A stretch of DNA of 64,000 bases from Bdellovibrionota bacterium (GCA_041740355.1 JBGSMD010000046.1:64001-128000), one strand, 5' to 3'. Positions 47,501 to 57,927 are shown, numbered from the stretch's first letter. The notes: generated by a model from the letters alone, not told the origin. Made by a program: numbers and translations.

Positions 47501-49498
47501 GTGTCGTTCTCATTAACAGAAAACCTTCCAGTTCTTACCAATGCTCTTCAGTATAAAGACGCCTTGCCCGCAGCACTACAGCGAGATTTAAATCTCGCCT
47601 GTTTTGCAATCGTCTCAATTTTATTTGATGTAGATTTAAAAGCTAATCCAGATGAAGCTATTCGTGTTGTTAAGCAGCTAGATTTTAGTAAAGCAAAATT
47701 ACCAACAATCACCGATCATACATCTCTCGAAATCGTACTTAGTTCCCTAACAAAGCTTCGCGTAAATCAAGGAACATTTTTGCCCGCTAGTGAAATCATT
47801 GCAGAGTTAGTTAATTGTTCTATAGTTCAACGCAAGTTAGATAAGATCGAAATACTAGGCGAAAGTTATGGGGTTCTTGAATATTATGGCAGTCAGTTTC
47901 CGCTGTTAAATAGAAGTCTGATCATTGATACTCCACTTGGTCGAATTAAAAATGTGCTGGAGATTAATTCTAGGTTTAATAAGGCGATTGTAGAAATTAT
48001 TGAGAGTAGTCCAAATATTAAAGGAAAAGATCGCTTGTGTGTTATTGTTGGAGGTCGACCTGTATTATCTGTTGGGACAGTGATTCCTAATGAATTTAAA
48101 TATATCACCTTTAACTCAGCAGGAATTACAGAAGGGATCTATCAATTGGGAGGAGAGGCTTATCTTTTTCAATCAAATAAAACATTAGATCTAGATTTAG
48201 AAGGTGATTTTGTTAAAGCTGAGTTTGTAAAAAACACCAGTAGACCAACCGGAATTATTGCCACCTCAAAATTTATCTATTTAGTGAATCACGGAGAGTT
48301 GCATGACAAAATCTCCATTCAGCATTACTCTGATTTTCAACTTAATGTCGCTTTAGTGGAAAGTGAAAAATCACGGCAGGTTGTATTTTGGGGCGTCGTA
48401 AAAGCAAAAGAATGGGAGATTCCTTTTTTGAATTACGATCTTAGTCGTCCTAATTTGAAAGATTTACCACGGGAACCATTAGAAGAAGGTATTCCCAAGG
48501 AAGAGAGCGTAGTAATGACGCTGAGTTCAGAACCTGTTTTCTATCGAGGACAACTATATTTTCAGGCTGAGATAGCAGATAGAGGTACTGCTTTCTGTAT
48601 TGTCTCACTGGATTCAAATGGAACACCTAGTGTTAATTCAATCTTTTCTGTAAACAGTTGTGCCGTCGAATCATTTGAGCCGATGGATGATTTTAGTAGA
48701 TTAGGAAATGCATTGGTTCGAGCTGCAGGAGAAACTTTTTGTTTGCTCAATGGTAATTTTTACCATCAGTCAAAAGATCTACAGTTTTTAAATGACTTAC
48801 CTTGTCAGGTGTTGGGCGACTCAAAAGAAGTATTTTCCAAACTATTGTTTACCGAGACTGGTTGGAAAATTATTATTGATTCTGAAAATTCCTTTAATCT
48901 AAATTCAGTTATTTTTCCTTCAGCTACTGAATCCCCGATTGGCATCCATGTTAACTCTAATAATGAGTTGACCTGCTTGACGCAGCCTACTTTGGGAGAC
49001 GCACTAGTATTATATTGTTCTAATCATCCAATCGGTTTGCTGGAAGTTGATGATTTTCAAAGCCTGCTTGGTGTTCATTATTATGATAACAAGCACATTT
49101 GCTGTTTGTTTAAAGCTAAAGATGCTTATGTCAGTCTGACCTTTGAGGAGATTGGAGATGATTTATTTCCAAGGAGTTCATTAACCTTAACGGATGCGCA
49201 GATAACACCAATGGGATTGATAGGTAACTTGGAATCGAAGGACCCAATAATGATTATTAATGATCAGACCCTTTCTGGATATCAGTATCAAAGTTACAAT
49301 ACGGTAAGACTGATATCCGGTGGTCGGTTGCACTGTATTCAAACAGATCGAGGAGTTGTTATCATGACCGATGATCAGCAAGAGAATGAGATTTATCATG
49401 ATTATCAAATTACTAGGGACCTACAAGCCAATTTAATAATTGCAAAAAGTGATCCAACCGTTCAAATTAGTTTTCGATTTAATCAGATTCAAAATTAA
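47501..49498 (+). CDS. Large hypothetical protein (beta-rich)
   Basis: 665 aa open frame in AT-rich DNA; no motif recognised. Confidence 0.65.
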   Translation: MSFSLTENLPVLTNALQYKDALPAALQRDLNLACFAIVSILFDVDLKANPDEAIRVVKQLDFSKAKLPTITDHTSLEIVLSSLTKLRVNQGTFLPASEIIAELVNCSIVQRKLDKIEILGESYGVLEYYGSQFPLLNRSLIIDTPLGRIKNVLEINSRFNKAIVEIIESSPNIKGKDRLCVIVGGRPVLSVGTVIPNEFKYITFNSAGITEGIYQLGGEAYLFQSNKTLDLDLEGDFVKAEFVKNTSRPTGIIATSKFIYLVNHGELHDKISIQHYSDFQLNVALVESEKSRQVVFWGVVKAKEWEIPFLNYDLSRPNLKDLPREPLEEGIPKEESVVMTLSSEPVFYRGQLYFQAEIADRGTAFCIVSLDSNGTPSVNSIFSVNSCAVESFEPMDDFSRLGNALVRAAGETFCLLNGNFYHQSKDLQFLNDLPCQVLGDSKEVFSKLLFTETGWKIIIDSENSFNLNSVIFPSATESPIGIHVNSNNELTCLTQPTLGDALVLYCSNHPIGLLEVDDFQSLLGVHYYDNKHICCLFKAKDAYVSLTFEEIGDDLFPRSSLTLTDAQITPMGLIGNLESKDPIMIINDQTLSGYQYQSYNTVRLISGGRLHCIQTDRGVVIMTDDQQENEIYHDYQITRDLQANLIIAKSDPTVQISFRFNQIQN

Positions 49499-49727
49499 AA
49501 AAATTCTCAATATTGTTTTATAATTTACCTCATTAGCAAAAATTTTATTTTTAGCAGGCAAAAAACTGAGTAACTTAGTTTTTTTATAGTTATATCTATA
49601 GTTTAGGTGTTTTATGAAAGTTTAATTGTTGTAATTAATTATAAAATTCTTTCTAATCCATTGTGTAAGAAATTTACCTCCTCTATAAGGTAGCATTCAA
49701 AAGGCTGAGAGTTTTTAACTTAGTCTT

Positions 49728-49779
49728 AAAGATAAACTCAGATCTACTCTTTTCAGAAGTTAGATCTTGAGCTTACTAT
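49728..49779. mobile_element. Degenerate MITE-like palindrome
   Basis: AGATAAACTCAGATCTA...TAGATCTTGAGCTTACTAT; ends resemble 8589-8637. Confidence 0.4.
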
Positions 49780-49828
49780 AGTTCTTATCATAAGCCTTTG
49801 CTTGTTAATAAAACTCAGTTTGCATTTA

Positions 49829-50155
49829 ATGCCTTCTATGTGTGGTTTGTTTCTACGGAAACTTTTTCTGGTACTTCTAGTCTTCTCTGGCTTTGTTCAG
49901 GTAGTCAGCGATATTCACAATTCATGTGATAGCTCAATCAATAAAACTTTAGAAATTAAAAAGTTAGAATCAAGAGACGATCTTGATGGTTTTCAATCAT
50001 TGGACTTGCTGAAGTATCTAGCACGTGGCTCCAATTTTGAATTTGAAATTCAGCAAGTTTTAATTACTACTCTTACAGAACAGCAATATCATCCAATCTT
50101 TTCTCAAGAAATAAAGTTTACTTACTCTGGTCGAGCCCCTCCGGTAGTTGCTTAA
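49829..50155 (+). CDS. Putative leader/arrest peptide: export signal and C-terminal RAPP motif
   Basis: LRKLFLVLLVFSGFVQVVS signal-like segment; ends YSGRAPPVVA* (RAPP codons 50132-50143); start uncertain (49802, 49829 or 49838). Confidence 0.7.
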   Translation: MPSMCGLFLRKLFLVLLVFSGFVQVVSDIHNSCDSSINKTLEIKKLESRDDLDGFQSLDLLKYLARGSNFEFEIQQVLITTLTEQQYHPIFSQEIKFTYSGRAPPVVA

Positions 50156-50165
50156 TCTCTCATCG

Positions 50166-50200
50166 AAAAGACTACTTACTTACAAACGGCAGTAGTTTTT
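50166..50200 (+). terminator. Hairpin/attenuator candidate between leader ORF and sulP
   Basis: AAAAGACTACT...AGTAGTTTTT stem ending in a T-run. Confidence 0.45.
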
Positions 50201-50251
50201 AGTTTGACCCAATCGTTCCACAATAAGCAACTTTAACAAACATTCTGCTAT

Positions 50252-51787
50252 ATGCATTTCCCAAATTTGACCAAGTGTTGCTCACGCGACATGGTGAAAG
50301 ATCTGAATTCAGGTTTTCTTGTATTTTTAATAACTCTACCATTATGTATGGCCATTGCTGTGGCTAGTGGTTGCCCACCAATCTCTGGGATTATCACTTC
50401 GATTCTTGGAGGCTTGCTTACAGGCTTAATTGGCGGAGCAAAGTTATCCATCAAAGGTGCTCCCGCTGGTTTAATTGTAATTGTTTTAGCAGCCGTTACT
50501 GAGCTAGGTGTTAATGGAGATCCACTATCTGGATATCGAGCGGCATTAGCAGTGGGTGTAATTGCTGGATTCTTCCAGATTTTACTAGGATACTTTAAGC
50601 TTGGAAAGTTTATTGATTATATTCCAGCTGCAGTTGTCCATGGAATGATTTCTGCTATTGGACTGATAGTGATGGCCAAACAGATTTATTTCTTGTTGGG
50701 GATGAAGGCTGTTGGTAAGTCACCAGTAGAGCTACTCAGTCATCTTTTTCAAAGTTTACATTTAGCAAATCCCTTGATTGCCATGATTGGACTCGTTAGT
50801 TTGGTAATCATGGTTTGTTCCCTACATCCAAAACTTAAAAGATATTTCAAATTGCCTGGGGCATTAGTTGTCCTGTTATTTGCAATCGGAGTAAGTTTTG
50901 TTTTTCAACTCGGAACTAGTACCTCCTACCAATTCATGGGTACTAATTACAAACTAGATGATTCATTTTTAATCCATCTTCCAAATTCACTAATTCAAGG
51001 ATTAGTTATTCCTGATTGGAGCACTTTAGGAACTTTAACAGCTTGGAAGTTTATTTTTCTATTTGCTGTCATTGGTTGTATCGAGTCTTTGCTAACAGTT
51101 AAAGCTATTAATCAGACTCAAGGTCCAGACGAGCAAGCTAACTTAAATAAAGATTTGATCTCGATTGGAGTGGTAAATAGTCTCGCTGGAATGATTGGGG
51201 GAATTCCGATGATCTCGGAGATCGGTCGTAGTAAAGCAAATATTGATTTTGGTGCCACTAGTGCACGGAGTAACCTAATACACGGAGCATTGTTAGTTGT
51301 AGCAGTTGTATTTTTTGCAAGCCTTTTAAATCATGTTCCGATCGCGGCACTAGCAGCAATTTTAATCTTTATTGGATACCGACTTTTCTCGATTACGGAA
51401 TGGAAGCATTCTTGGCAACAAGGTAAGGCGATATTCGCGGTGTTCTTTGTAACATTTGCCGTGACAGTTGCTGTTGATTTATTGGCCGGTGTGCTTATAG
51501 GTTTTATACTTTATTTAATTTGTGAAAGTTTTAAATGTCATTCTTTAAAAAGAGTTTTTTCTCCCAAATTTATAATTGAAGTTGAATCTGAGCAGGCAAG
51601 GATATCATTTACAGAGGGTTTGATTTTCACCAACTTTCCAAAGGTAAAAAAAGTAACGGAAAATGCTCTTACTCTTCATCAAACAGTATTAATTGACTGC
51701 CAGCAATGTTCGTTTATTGACGACGAATTTATGCAGGAACTTAATAATTATGTTGCCGCCACTACTAGAGTGCAAAAATTAAGTTAA
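50252..51787 (+). CDS. SulP/SLC26 anion (probably bicarbonate) transporter with short STAS-like tail
   Basis: FLITLPLCMAIAVASG, IKGAPAG, ESLL, GGIPMISEIGRS..N. Confidence 0.9.
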   Translation: MHFPNLTKCCSRDMVKDLNSGFLVFLITLPLCMAIAVASGCPPISGIITSILGGLLTGLIGGAKLSIKGAPAGLIVIVLAAVTELGVNGDPLSGYRAALAVGVIAGFFQILLGYFKLGKFIDYIPAAVVHGMISAIGLIVMAKQIYFLLGMKAVGKSPVELLSHLFQSLHLANPLIAMIGLVSLVIMVCSLHPKLKRYFKLPGALVVLLFAIGVSFVFQLGTSTSYQFMGTNYKLDDSFLIHLPNSLIQGLVIPDWSTLGTLTAWKFIFLFAVIGCIESLLTVKAINQTQGPDEQANLNKDLISIGVVNSLAGMIGGIPMISEIGRSKANIDFGATSARSNLIHGALLVVAVVFFASLLNHVPIAALAAILIFIGYRLFSITEWKHSWQQGKAIFAVFFVTFAVTVAVDLLAGVLIGFILYLICESFKCHSLKRVFSPKFIIEVESEQARISFTEGLIFTNFPKVKKVTENALTLHQTVLIDCQQCSFIDDEFMQELNNYVAATTRVQKLS

Positions 51788-51869
51788 GGTTATAGCTGGC
51801 GATCGCGTTTAACAAAATTGCTAAGTTCAGGCGTGGTCGCTAGCAGAGTGAATTGAAAGAGAGTATCTT

Positions 51870-54800
51870 ATGTTAATGCCAATTAACGACGAAATAAAAG
51901 TTATTGATTCTGATTCAATTCACTTGATTTTGGAAGAGTTAGCGGAATTACTTCCGAGTCAAGGACCGATTGATGTCTTTATTCATCATAATACTTTACA
52001 TGGCCTAGAACATTTAAGTTTTTTTGAAGCAATAGAAACTGGCGCAAAGATTTTTGATGCTAGGTCGTATCTTGAGGAGAATCAATATCTCGAATTTTAT
52101 CATGAAAATCGAATTCAATCAGTAGATTTAGATTACATTTTAGAGAAATTAGAGATTGACTCAAAAAAATTTCCAATCATAAAACGAATCTTACTTAATG
52201 TTCCTTTTGCTAAAACCTTTCAGCAAATTAAATGGTTATTAAGGGAAAGTTTTTTAGAATTACCAGAGGATTCAGAAACATTAGCGGCGGCAGTCAGCTG
52301 GATTCAATCTAGCAAGTTGCAGGAGGAAATAAAATTCTTAGAAAAGATTAATCGTCAATCTGCAACAGGTTTAAGGTCCTTGTTACAGGCTACGATTAGT
52401 GAAGGCCAGCGACATGAAATCATTAAAGAAGCGCTTTGGTCTCGATGTTTACTTGCCGTTGTAGCTGAGAATATTCTTCCTGACCAAAATGTGGTTGAAA
52501 AAAATTCATTAATTATTGAAAAGGTTAATCCCTTTCTAATTAGATTTTGTGAGGAGTACTTAGATCTGGGACAAGCAACAGTTGCTATGCCGAATAGAGC
52601 CACCGGACTGCTAAACTCTTTTTACAACTTAGTTAAGAGCTCTGAGATTTATTTACCTGATTGGCTTAGTAGCGTCAGCTGCAGTATTGAGAAATACCAA
52701 TCACAAAAGCCTGAGGATATTTTATTAGAGATTATCACAAAAAAAGGTTTAAATTCAGTTGAAGCTAAAGAATTAATTTTCAGTGAAGTCTTAGCACTAA
52801 AAGGATGGGCTGGTTTTATTAGTTCAGCGGAACAGAATCCACATTACTTGCACCACCTAGCAGGTGAAATAAAACCTAGCTTGATGGAGTTTGTTACACT
52901 AAGAATAATATTAGCAGATCTAGCGGAAGTGTTCTGTAGAAAAGAGTTATCCTTACAGCGCGAAATAGTGGATCGATCAACATTAAATAAATTCGATCAC
53001 CTTTATCAGCTAGCATATCATTTATATTTAGTAGTGGTTGATGCCAGAGAAGTTAAAAAATCATTAACAGATTCTTTATATTTAGATCAGATTCTCGCCC
53101 AGCTTAATCTAGTTCCCCAATTAAAAAGGCAGAAAATTTGGCATTTGGCATACGAAGAAAATATTTACCGACGTGCTTTACAAGCGATTCAGTCTTGTGA
53201 GCCAGGTGATTCTTCTTCGCCTGAAATTATTGCTCAAATGGTTTTTTGTTTAGATGATCGGGAAGAGTCAATTAGAAGACATATTGAGAAGCAAAGCTCT
53301 AGTATTCAGACATTTGGAACGGCGGGTTTTTTTGGGGTTGATGCAATTTATCAGTCAATTAGTGGTGAGCAAGCGCCTTTTTGTCCGATTGTTATTAAGC
53401 CAACTCACATAATTCGTCAGAAACCAAAAGAGAGCTCTAATCAGCGACTGGTTAATCTGCAAAAAAGACAACAAGTAAATCTCCATTTTAATAATTACTT
53501 AAGTCGTTTTTCGGGATCTATTTTTCATGGTTGGTTAATGACAATCATTGGAATTTTCTCACTTTTCCCAATGCTCTTTAGTATTCTTTTTCCAAGACTG
53601 CGTAAGCCTTTTAGTAAGTTCTTTGATTTAGATGGAATGCTAACTACTGAATTATCAGATTTGGAAATGGTAATTCCTGTTACTTCCGAGGATCCTTCCG
53701 AAATTGCAGGGTATACTGAATTAGAGATGGCTGATCGAGTAGCTAATCTTTTGCAAACAATTGGCTTAACAAAAGAGTTTGGTAAATTAATCATTTTTTA
53801 TGGACATGGTTCTTCTAGTCGTAATAATCCACTTAAGTCGGCATATGACTGTGGAGCATGCGGCGGCCGGCCAGGGCGAATGAATGCACGGGCGATTGCC
53901 ATGATGGTTAATCGGGTTGGCGTGCGAGAACTTTTAAAAAATTATCATTCGATCGTGTTGCCGGAAGATACCTTTTGTATTGGTGCTTATCATAATACGT
54001 GTAACGATCAGGTACAGTATTACGATCTAGATTTATTGCCTGAGTCACACATAGTTTTTTTCGCTGGAATAAAAGAGTTAATGAATAAGGCCTGTAAAAG
54101 TAATTCTTTGGAGCGATGCCGTCGTTTTGGTCAAGTATCGGTGCAAACTCCGCTGGCAGCATATCGTGAAGTAAACTCAAGATCACAAACCTTAGCAGAA
54201 CCTAGACCAGAATACGGGCATGCCGGGAATGCTCTATGTTTTGTTGGAAAAAGATCGGAGACTAAAAATCTATTTTTTGATCGACGAGCTTTTTTAGTTT
54301 CTTATGATTTTCAGGAAGATCCCAAGGCTCAGATATTAACAAACATTTTAAAAGCGATTGTTCCTGTTTGTGGAGGAATAAATTTAGAATATTTTTTCTC
54401 AGCGCTAGATAATGAAGTTTATGGGGCAGGCTCTAAACTCCCTCATAATATTGTTTCTATGTTGGGACTAATGAATGGAACTTGTAGTGATTTAAGAACT
54501 GGATTGCCACAGCAAATGATTGAAATCCACGAGCCAGTAAGATTATTAATGGTTGTAAGTTGCGAACTTTCACAATTACAGGAGGCAATCCTACAAGATC
54601 CTACTGTTACTAGGATGATACATGGGCAATGGATAAGATTAATTTGCTGGGATCAATCACAGAAACTATTTTTTGATTATGATAGCGACGGGCTTTTTAA
54701 AGTAAAATCAGTCGAGCAGATAGCTCTGCCAGTAACAGAGAACTATTTAACTAAGATTATTAAGCGCTCTGATAATTTAGACTTTCTTCGAATTAGATAA
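51870..54800 (+). CDS. dabA: DabA/MpsB (DUF2309) beta-carbonic-anhydrase-like subunit of inorganic carbon transporter
   Basis: LPSQGPIDVFIHHNTL, Zn-ligand motifs FCLDDREES, GHGS, YDCGACGG; RPEYG, INLEYFFS, GSKLPHN, HEPVRL. Confidence 0.92.
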   Translation: MLMPINDEIKVIDSDSIHLILEELAELLPSQGPIDVFIHHNTLHGLEHLSFFEAIETGAKIFDARSYLEENQYLEFYHENRIQSVDLDYILEKLEIDSKKFPIIKRILLNVPFAKTFQQIKWLLRESFLELPEDSETLAAAVSWIQSSKLQEEIKFLEKINRQSATGLRSLLQATISEGQRHEIIKEALWSRCLLAVVAENILPDQNVVEKNSLIIEKVNPFLIRFCEEYLDLGQATVAMPNRATGLLNSFYNLVKSSEIYLPDWLSSVSCSIEKYQSQKPEDILLEIITKKGLNSVEAKELIFSEVLALKGWAGFISSAEQNPHYLHHLAGEIKPSLMEFVTLRIILADLAEVFCRKELSLQREIVDRSTLNKFDHLYQLAYHLYLVVVDAREVKKSLTDSLYLDQILAQLNLVPQLKRQKIWHLAYEENIYRRALQAIQSCEPGDSSSPEIIAQMVFCLDDREESIRRHIEKQSSSIQTFGTAGFFGVDAIYQSISGEQAPFCPIVIKPTHIIRQKPKESSNQRLVNLQKRQQVNLHFNNYLSRFSGSIFHGWLMTIIGIFSLFPMLFSILFPRLRKPFSKFFDLDGMLTTELSDLEMVIPVTSEDPSEIAGYTELEMADRVANLLQTIGLTKEFGKLIIFYGHGSSSRNNPLKSAYDCGACGGRPGRMNARAIAMMVNRVGVRELLKNYHSIVLPEDTFCIGAYHNTCNDQVQYYDLDLLPESHIVFFAGIKELMNKACKSNSLERCRRFGQVSVQTPLAAYREVNSRSQTLAEPRPEYGHAGNALCFVGKRSETKNLFFDRRAFLVSYDFQEDPKAQILTNILKAIVPVCGGINLEYFFSALDNEVYGAGSKLPHNIVSMLGLMNGTCSDLRTGLPQQMIEIHEPVRLLMVVSCELSQLQEAILQDPTVTRMIHGQWIRLICWDQSQKLFFDYDSDGLFKVKSVEQIALPVTENYLTKIIKRSDNLDFLRIR

Positions 54801-54806
54801 TAACAA

Positions 54807-56132
54807 ATGATTAAGTTACTCTCCCAACTAGCAGCTCAAATAATTTTCATTCTACCTGTAATATCTTTAATAATAATTATTGTAGATCGCCTAGTTCGGC
54901 GCAAGGTAAATGAAAAACTAGTCGTTAGCACAATTCTTTACTCACAGGCAATGTCTTTTATTGCCTTAAGCTTTATTTGGTTTTATTTTTTAATTGATGG
55001 AAGCTCTCCAATAAATTTTTTCAAAGTTGAATTATTAAACTTTGGAGAGCAATCAATTACTATTAGGTTTTTAATTGATCACTTGTCGTTGCCATTCATC
55101 AGCATCAATGTTCTTTTGGGTGCGATTGTTGGAATTTTTGCCTCACGATATTTGCATCGAGACTCTGGTTATTTTCGCTTCTTTGTTTTGTATCATTTCT
55201 TTCTATTTGGAATGAACTTAATTGTATTGGCAGGAAATTTAACGGGGGTTTTTATCGGTTGGGAAATTGTAGGATTAACTTCAGCCTTGCTAATTGCCTT
55301 CTTTGCCTTTCGTAAACAAACGGTAACAAATTCTCTGCGAGCATTCTGGGCTTATCGCGTAACTGATACTGGACTGCTGTTAGCTTCCTTAATTGTTTTG
55401 AACCTTGGGGCATTAAGTTTTTCTGAACTAAAACTTATTCAACAGCCAATGATGATTAATTTAATTTTAATCCTTTGTTTGGTTTCAGCGATGGGTAAAT
55501 CCGCGCAATTCCCTTTTGGTCATTGGTTACCTAAGGCGATGGAAGGACCTACACCTTCAAGTGCAATTTTCTATGGTGGGTTATCAGTTCATGCTGGAGT
55601 TTATTTAATTTTAAGAATTACAGATAGCATTGGACAGCCATTATGGTTCTCTGTTTTGTTAGTTTTAGTGGGATTAACCACGGTTCTCTATGGTTCGATT
55701 TTAGCGAAAATTCAGAGTGATGCCAAAAGCTCGCTGGCTTTTTCAGCTATGACTCAAGTCGGGATTATCTTTATTGAGCTTGGATTCGGTTGGACGATGA
55801 TTGTCATTGTCCACTTTGTTGGGCACGCACTTCTGCGAACGTATCAATTGTTAAATGCCGCATCGTTACTCCACGATCATCAAGCATTTCAACATTCGAT
55901 TGGTCAATATCAGCCAAAGAAAAACTCTCCTGGAAATACTATTTGGACAAAGATCTATCCTTATGTTTTCTGGGAAAATTACTCTAGCTTCTCTGACAAA
56001 TGGAGTGTCTTGAATTTATTAGAAAAGGCTTCTAGTGCACTCAGATTTTTTGATTACAAGTGTCACGATATATTGTTTCAATTGTTTGAGAAGACTTATC
56101 ACTATTTTCTAAGATTTAAAATTAACCGCTAG
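54807..56132 (+). CDS. dabB: DabB/MpsA NuoL-like proton-conducting membrane subunit
   Basis: GWEIVG, KSAQFPF..WLPKAMEGPTPSSA, HAG, HFVGHA; follows dabA. Confidence 0.88.
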   Translation: MIKLLSQLAAQIIFILPVISLIIIIVDRLVRRKVNEKLVVSTILYSQAMSFIALSFIWFYFLIDGSSPINFFKVELLNFGEQSITIRFLIDHLSLPFISINVLLGAIVGIFASRYLHRDSGYFRFFVLYHFFLFGMNLIVLAGNLTGVFIGWEIVGLTSALLIAFFAFRKQTVTNSLRAFWAYRVTDTGLLLASLIVLNLGALSFSELKLIQQPMMINLILILCLVSAMGKSAQFPFGHWLPKAMEGPTPSSAIFYGGLSVHAGVYLILRITDSIGQPLWFSVLLVLVGLTTVLYGSILAKIQSDAKSSLAFSAMTQVGIIFIELGFGWTMIVIVHFVGHALLRTYQLLNAASLLHDHQAFQHSIGQYQPKKNSPGNTIWTKIYPYVFWENYSSFSDKWSVLNLLEKASSALRFFDYKCHDILFQLFEKTYHYFLRFKINR

Positions 56133-56133
56133 C

Positions 56134-57426
56134 ATGAAAACCAAGAATTTATATTTTATAGCAAGTGTTCTCTTCTTAGGGTTATTTCTTTTACTAATTA
56201 CCGGATCCAGTACTCGACTTGCTAGCTATCTAGATTCTTCCGTTTTGCAAGTTTCGACATTGTTCTGTGGGGTGATCTTTAATTTAATGATGACACTTGT
56301 TTATTCTGCTTTCGGCCGACGGGTCTTTAAATTTTCATTTTCTGCTCTTTGGTTTTATTTACAAGTTATAATTAATTTTAGCTTACTAACTAATAGTATG
56401 CCGATATTTTTTATTTTAATTGCCTTAGCTTTGGTCGTCCATATTCGTGTTAGTAAACTTGACGTATTTCAAACAATAAAACATAGCCATCACTTTTTAG
56501 TATTTAGTGGTTTCTCTACAATTGCCCTAGTCTTGCTAGCAATCTTTGCCGGTAATGTCTTTTTTCTTAATGGCATTTATACAATTAGTCAGCTACAGGC
56601 CCAAACAGCCGAACTTAATCAATTCACTGTTTTATTAGGTGTTATTATTCTAGCATTAATGGTGGGAATCTTTCCTTTCCACTTTTGGGTTAAGCCGATT
56701 TTTTTAGCACCGACACGATATGGATTAGCAGCAATCATTCGTTTAAATATAGGTTTTGTTTTTTGGTGTAAGTTTGGATTCCTAATGAATGCTGCTTTCC
56801 AACAATATCCCAAACTTATCTTGCTGATGCTAACTTCAAACTTAGTATACTCTGCTCTAATACTATTTGGAGAAAGAAAGCTGAGCGGAATTGCGGCCTC
56901 ACTCTATCAATGGCATGTGCCATTGTTTATTTTAAATGGTGTACTGGTACAACATGGGGCTGCTATTCATTCGGTGATGGATTTTTTTAATACGTCCATT
57001 TGTATCTCAAGCTTAGTGATAATAATTGCCATGCTCCGCGATCGAATTGGTCCCGAAAACTTAGATTCAGCTACAGGCCTAGCTATTTCCTTTCCGATAT
57101 TTGGGCTTTCCTTCTTGTTTTGTGTCTTATCTTTGATCGGCTTCCCCGGAACTTTAGGGTTTATGAGTATCGAAATTTTATTACACAATCTAAGTCAAGA
57201 TTATTGGCCAGTTGCTGGTTGCTTTGTACTGGCCTTAGCTTTAAATGGTTATTCGTGTTTTAGAATATTTGGAGACTCCTTTTATGGGAATCCGCTACAA
57301 ATTTATAATAAAATTTTTCAACCAAAACCAAGAGAAAAAATTGCCTTACTGATCTTGATATTAATTGTATTGGTTAATGGACTTGGACCAGACTTACTGG
57401 TTAGAATCTATAATTATGTTATTTAA
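56134..57426 (+). CDS. Second antiporter-like (NuoM-like) membrane subunit
   Basis: GIFPFHFW, LSLIGFPGTLGF..E, RE.........G..P C-terminal helix; 1 nt after dabB. Confidence 0.75.
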   Translation: MKTKNLYFIASVLFLGLFLLLITGSSTRLASYLDSSVLQVSTLFCGVIFNLMMTLVYSAFGRRVFKFSFSALWFYLQVIINFSLLTNSMPIFFILIALALVVHIRVSKLDVFQTIKHSHHFLVFSGFSTIALVLLAIFAGNVFFLNGIYTISQLQAQTAELNQFTVLLGVIILALMVGIFPFHFWVKPIFLAPTRYGLAAIIRLNIGFVFWCKFGFLMNAAFQQYPKLILLMLTSNLVYSALILFGERKLSGIAASLYQWHVPLFILNGVLVQHGAAIHSVMDFFNTSICISSLVIIIAMLRDRIGPENLDSATGLAISFPIFGLSFLFCVLSLIGFPGTLGFMSIEILLHNLSQDYWPVAGCFVLALALNGYSCFRIFGDSFYGNPLQIYNKIFQPKPREKIALLILILIVLVNGLGPDLLVRIYNYVI

Positions 57427-57462
57427 ACTTTTTAATAGTTATCAAAGTCTAATTAATTTCTC

Positions 57463-57927
57463 CTAGAACATCAGACTAGAATAAAGTGCCCCAATTACAA
57501 AACCAAAGATCAGGTGTGCTACTAAGTAAATAATACTGATCGCGGGACTGTGATCTCGTACTTCCGAATTGGAAGCTTTTTCGTTAAGGCTATTAAAGAT
57601 TAAAAACGAAACAACAAAACCATGACCAAAACCAATTGCCGTCGAAGCTAAAATCGACTGTAATGGTGGTAGCCCTAATTTAGATAGAAGTGCAAAGTAA
57701 ATAACTCCCAGAAAACTACCAATTAATAGATGAACTGCGAGACTAGCTAAACCTGAATTGCGATAGCCTTTATCGCTTAGGGCATCACCAATTGCTCGAA
57801 CTGGAGAAATGTTAAATCCGGAATTTTTCCAAATTAAATGAAAAGCATAGGTTACTATGCAAGTTATTATTAAACCAGAAACTGTTCCTGCTAACAAAAT
57901 TTCTGTAAATGGCTTGACTGGATCCAT
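57463..57927 (-). CDS. Four-helix membrane protein of unknown function
   Basis: Four hydrophobic helices with intramembrane His (VHLLIG, GHG, AHLIFG). Confidence 0.7.
   Translation of the reverse strand: MDPVKPFTEILLAGTVSGLIITCIVTYAFHLIWKNSGFNISPVRAIGDALSDKGYRNSGLASLAVHLLIGSFLGVIYFALLSKLGLPPLQSILASTAIGFGHGFVVSFLIFNSLNEKASNSEVRDHSPAISIIYLVAHLIFGFVIGALYSSLMF

Noticed and set aside
1854-57263. Many short ORF-track entries antisense or out-of-frame within long genes (e.g. 1854, 8867, 18715, 25458, 26217, 30237, 36238, 39346, 50248, 53525, 57000)
   Set aside because: Shadow ORFs inside well-supported genes, with no motif support
54807-57426. Complex I (nuoL/nuoM) or Mrp operon fragment
   Set aside because: No other nuo/mrp genes; the adjacent DUF2309 gene identifies a DAB-type system
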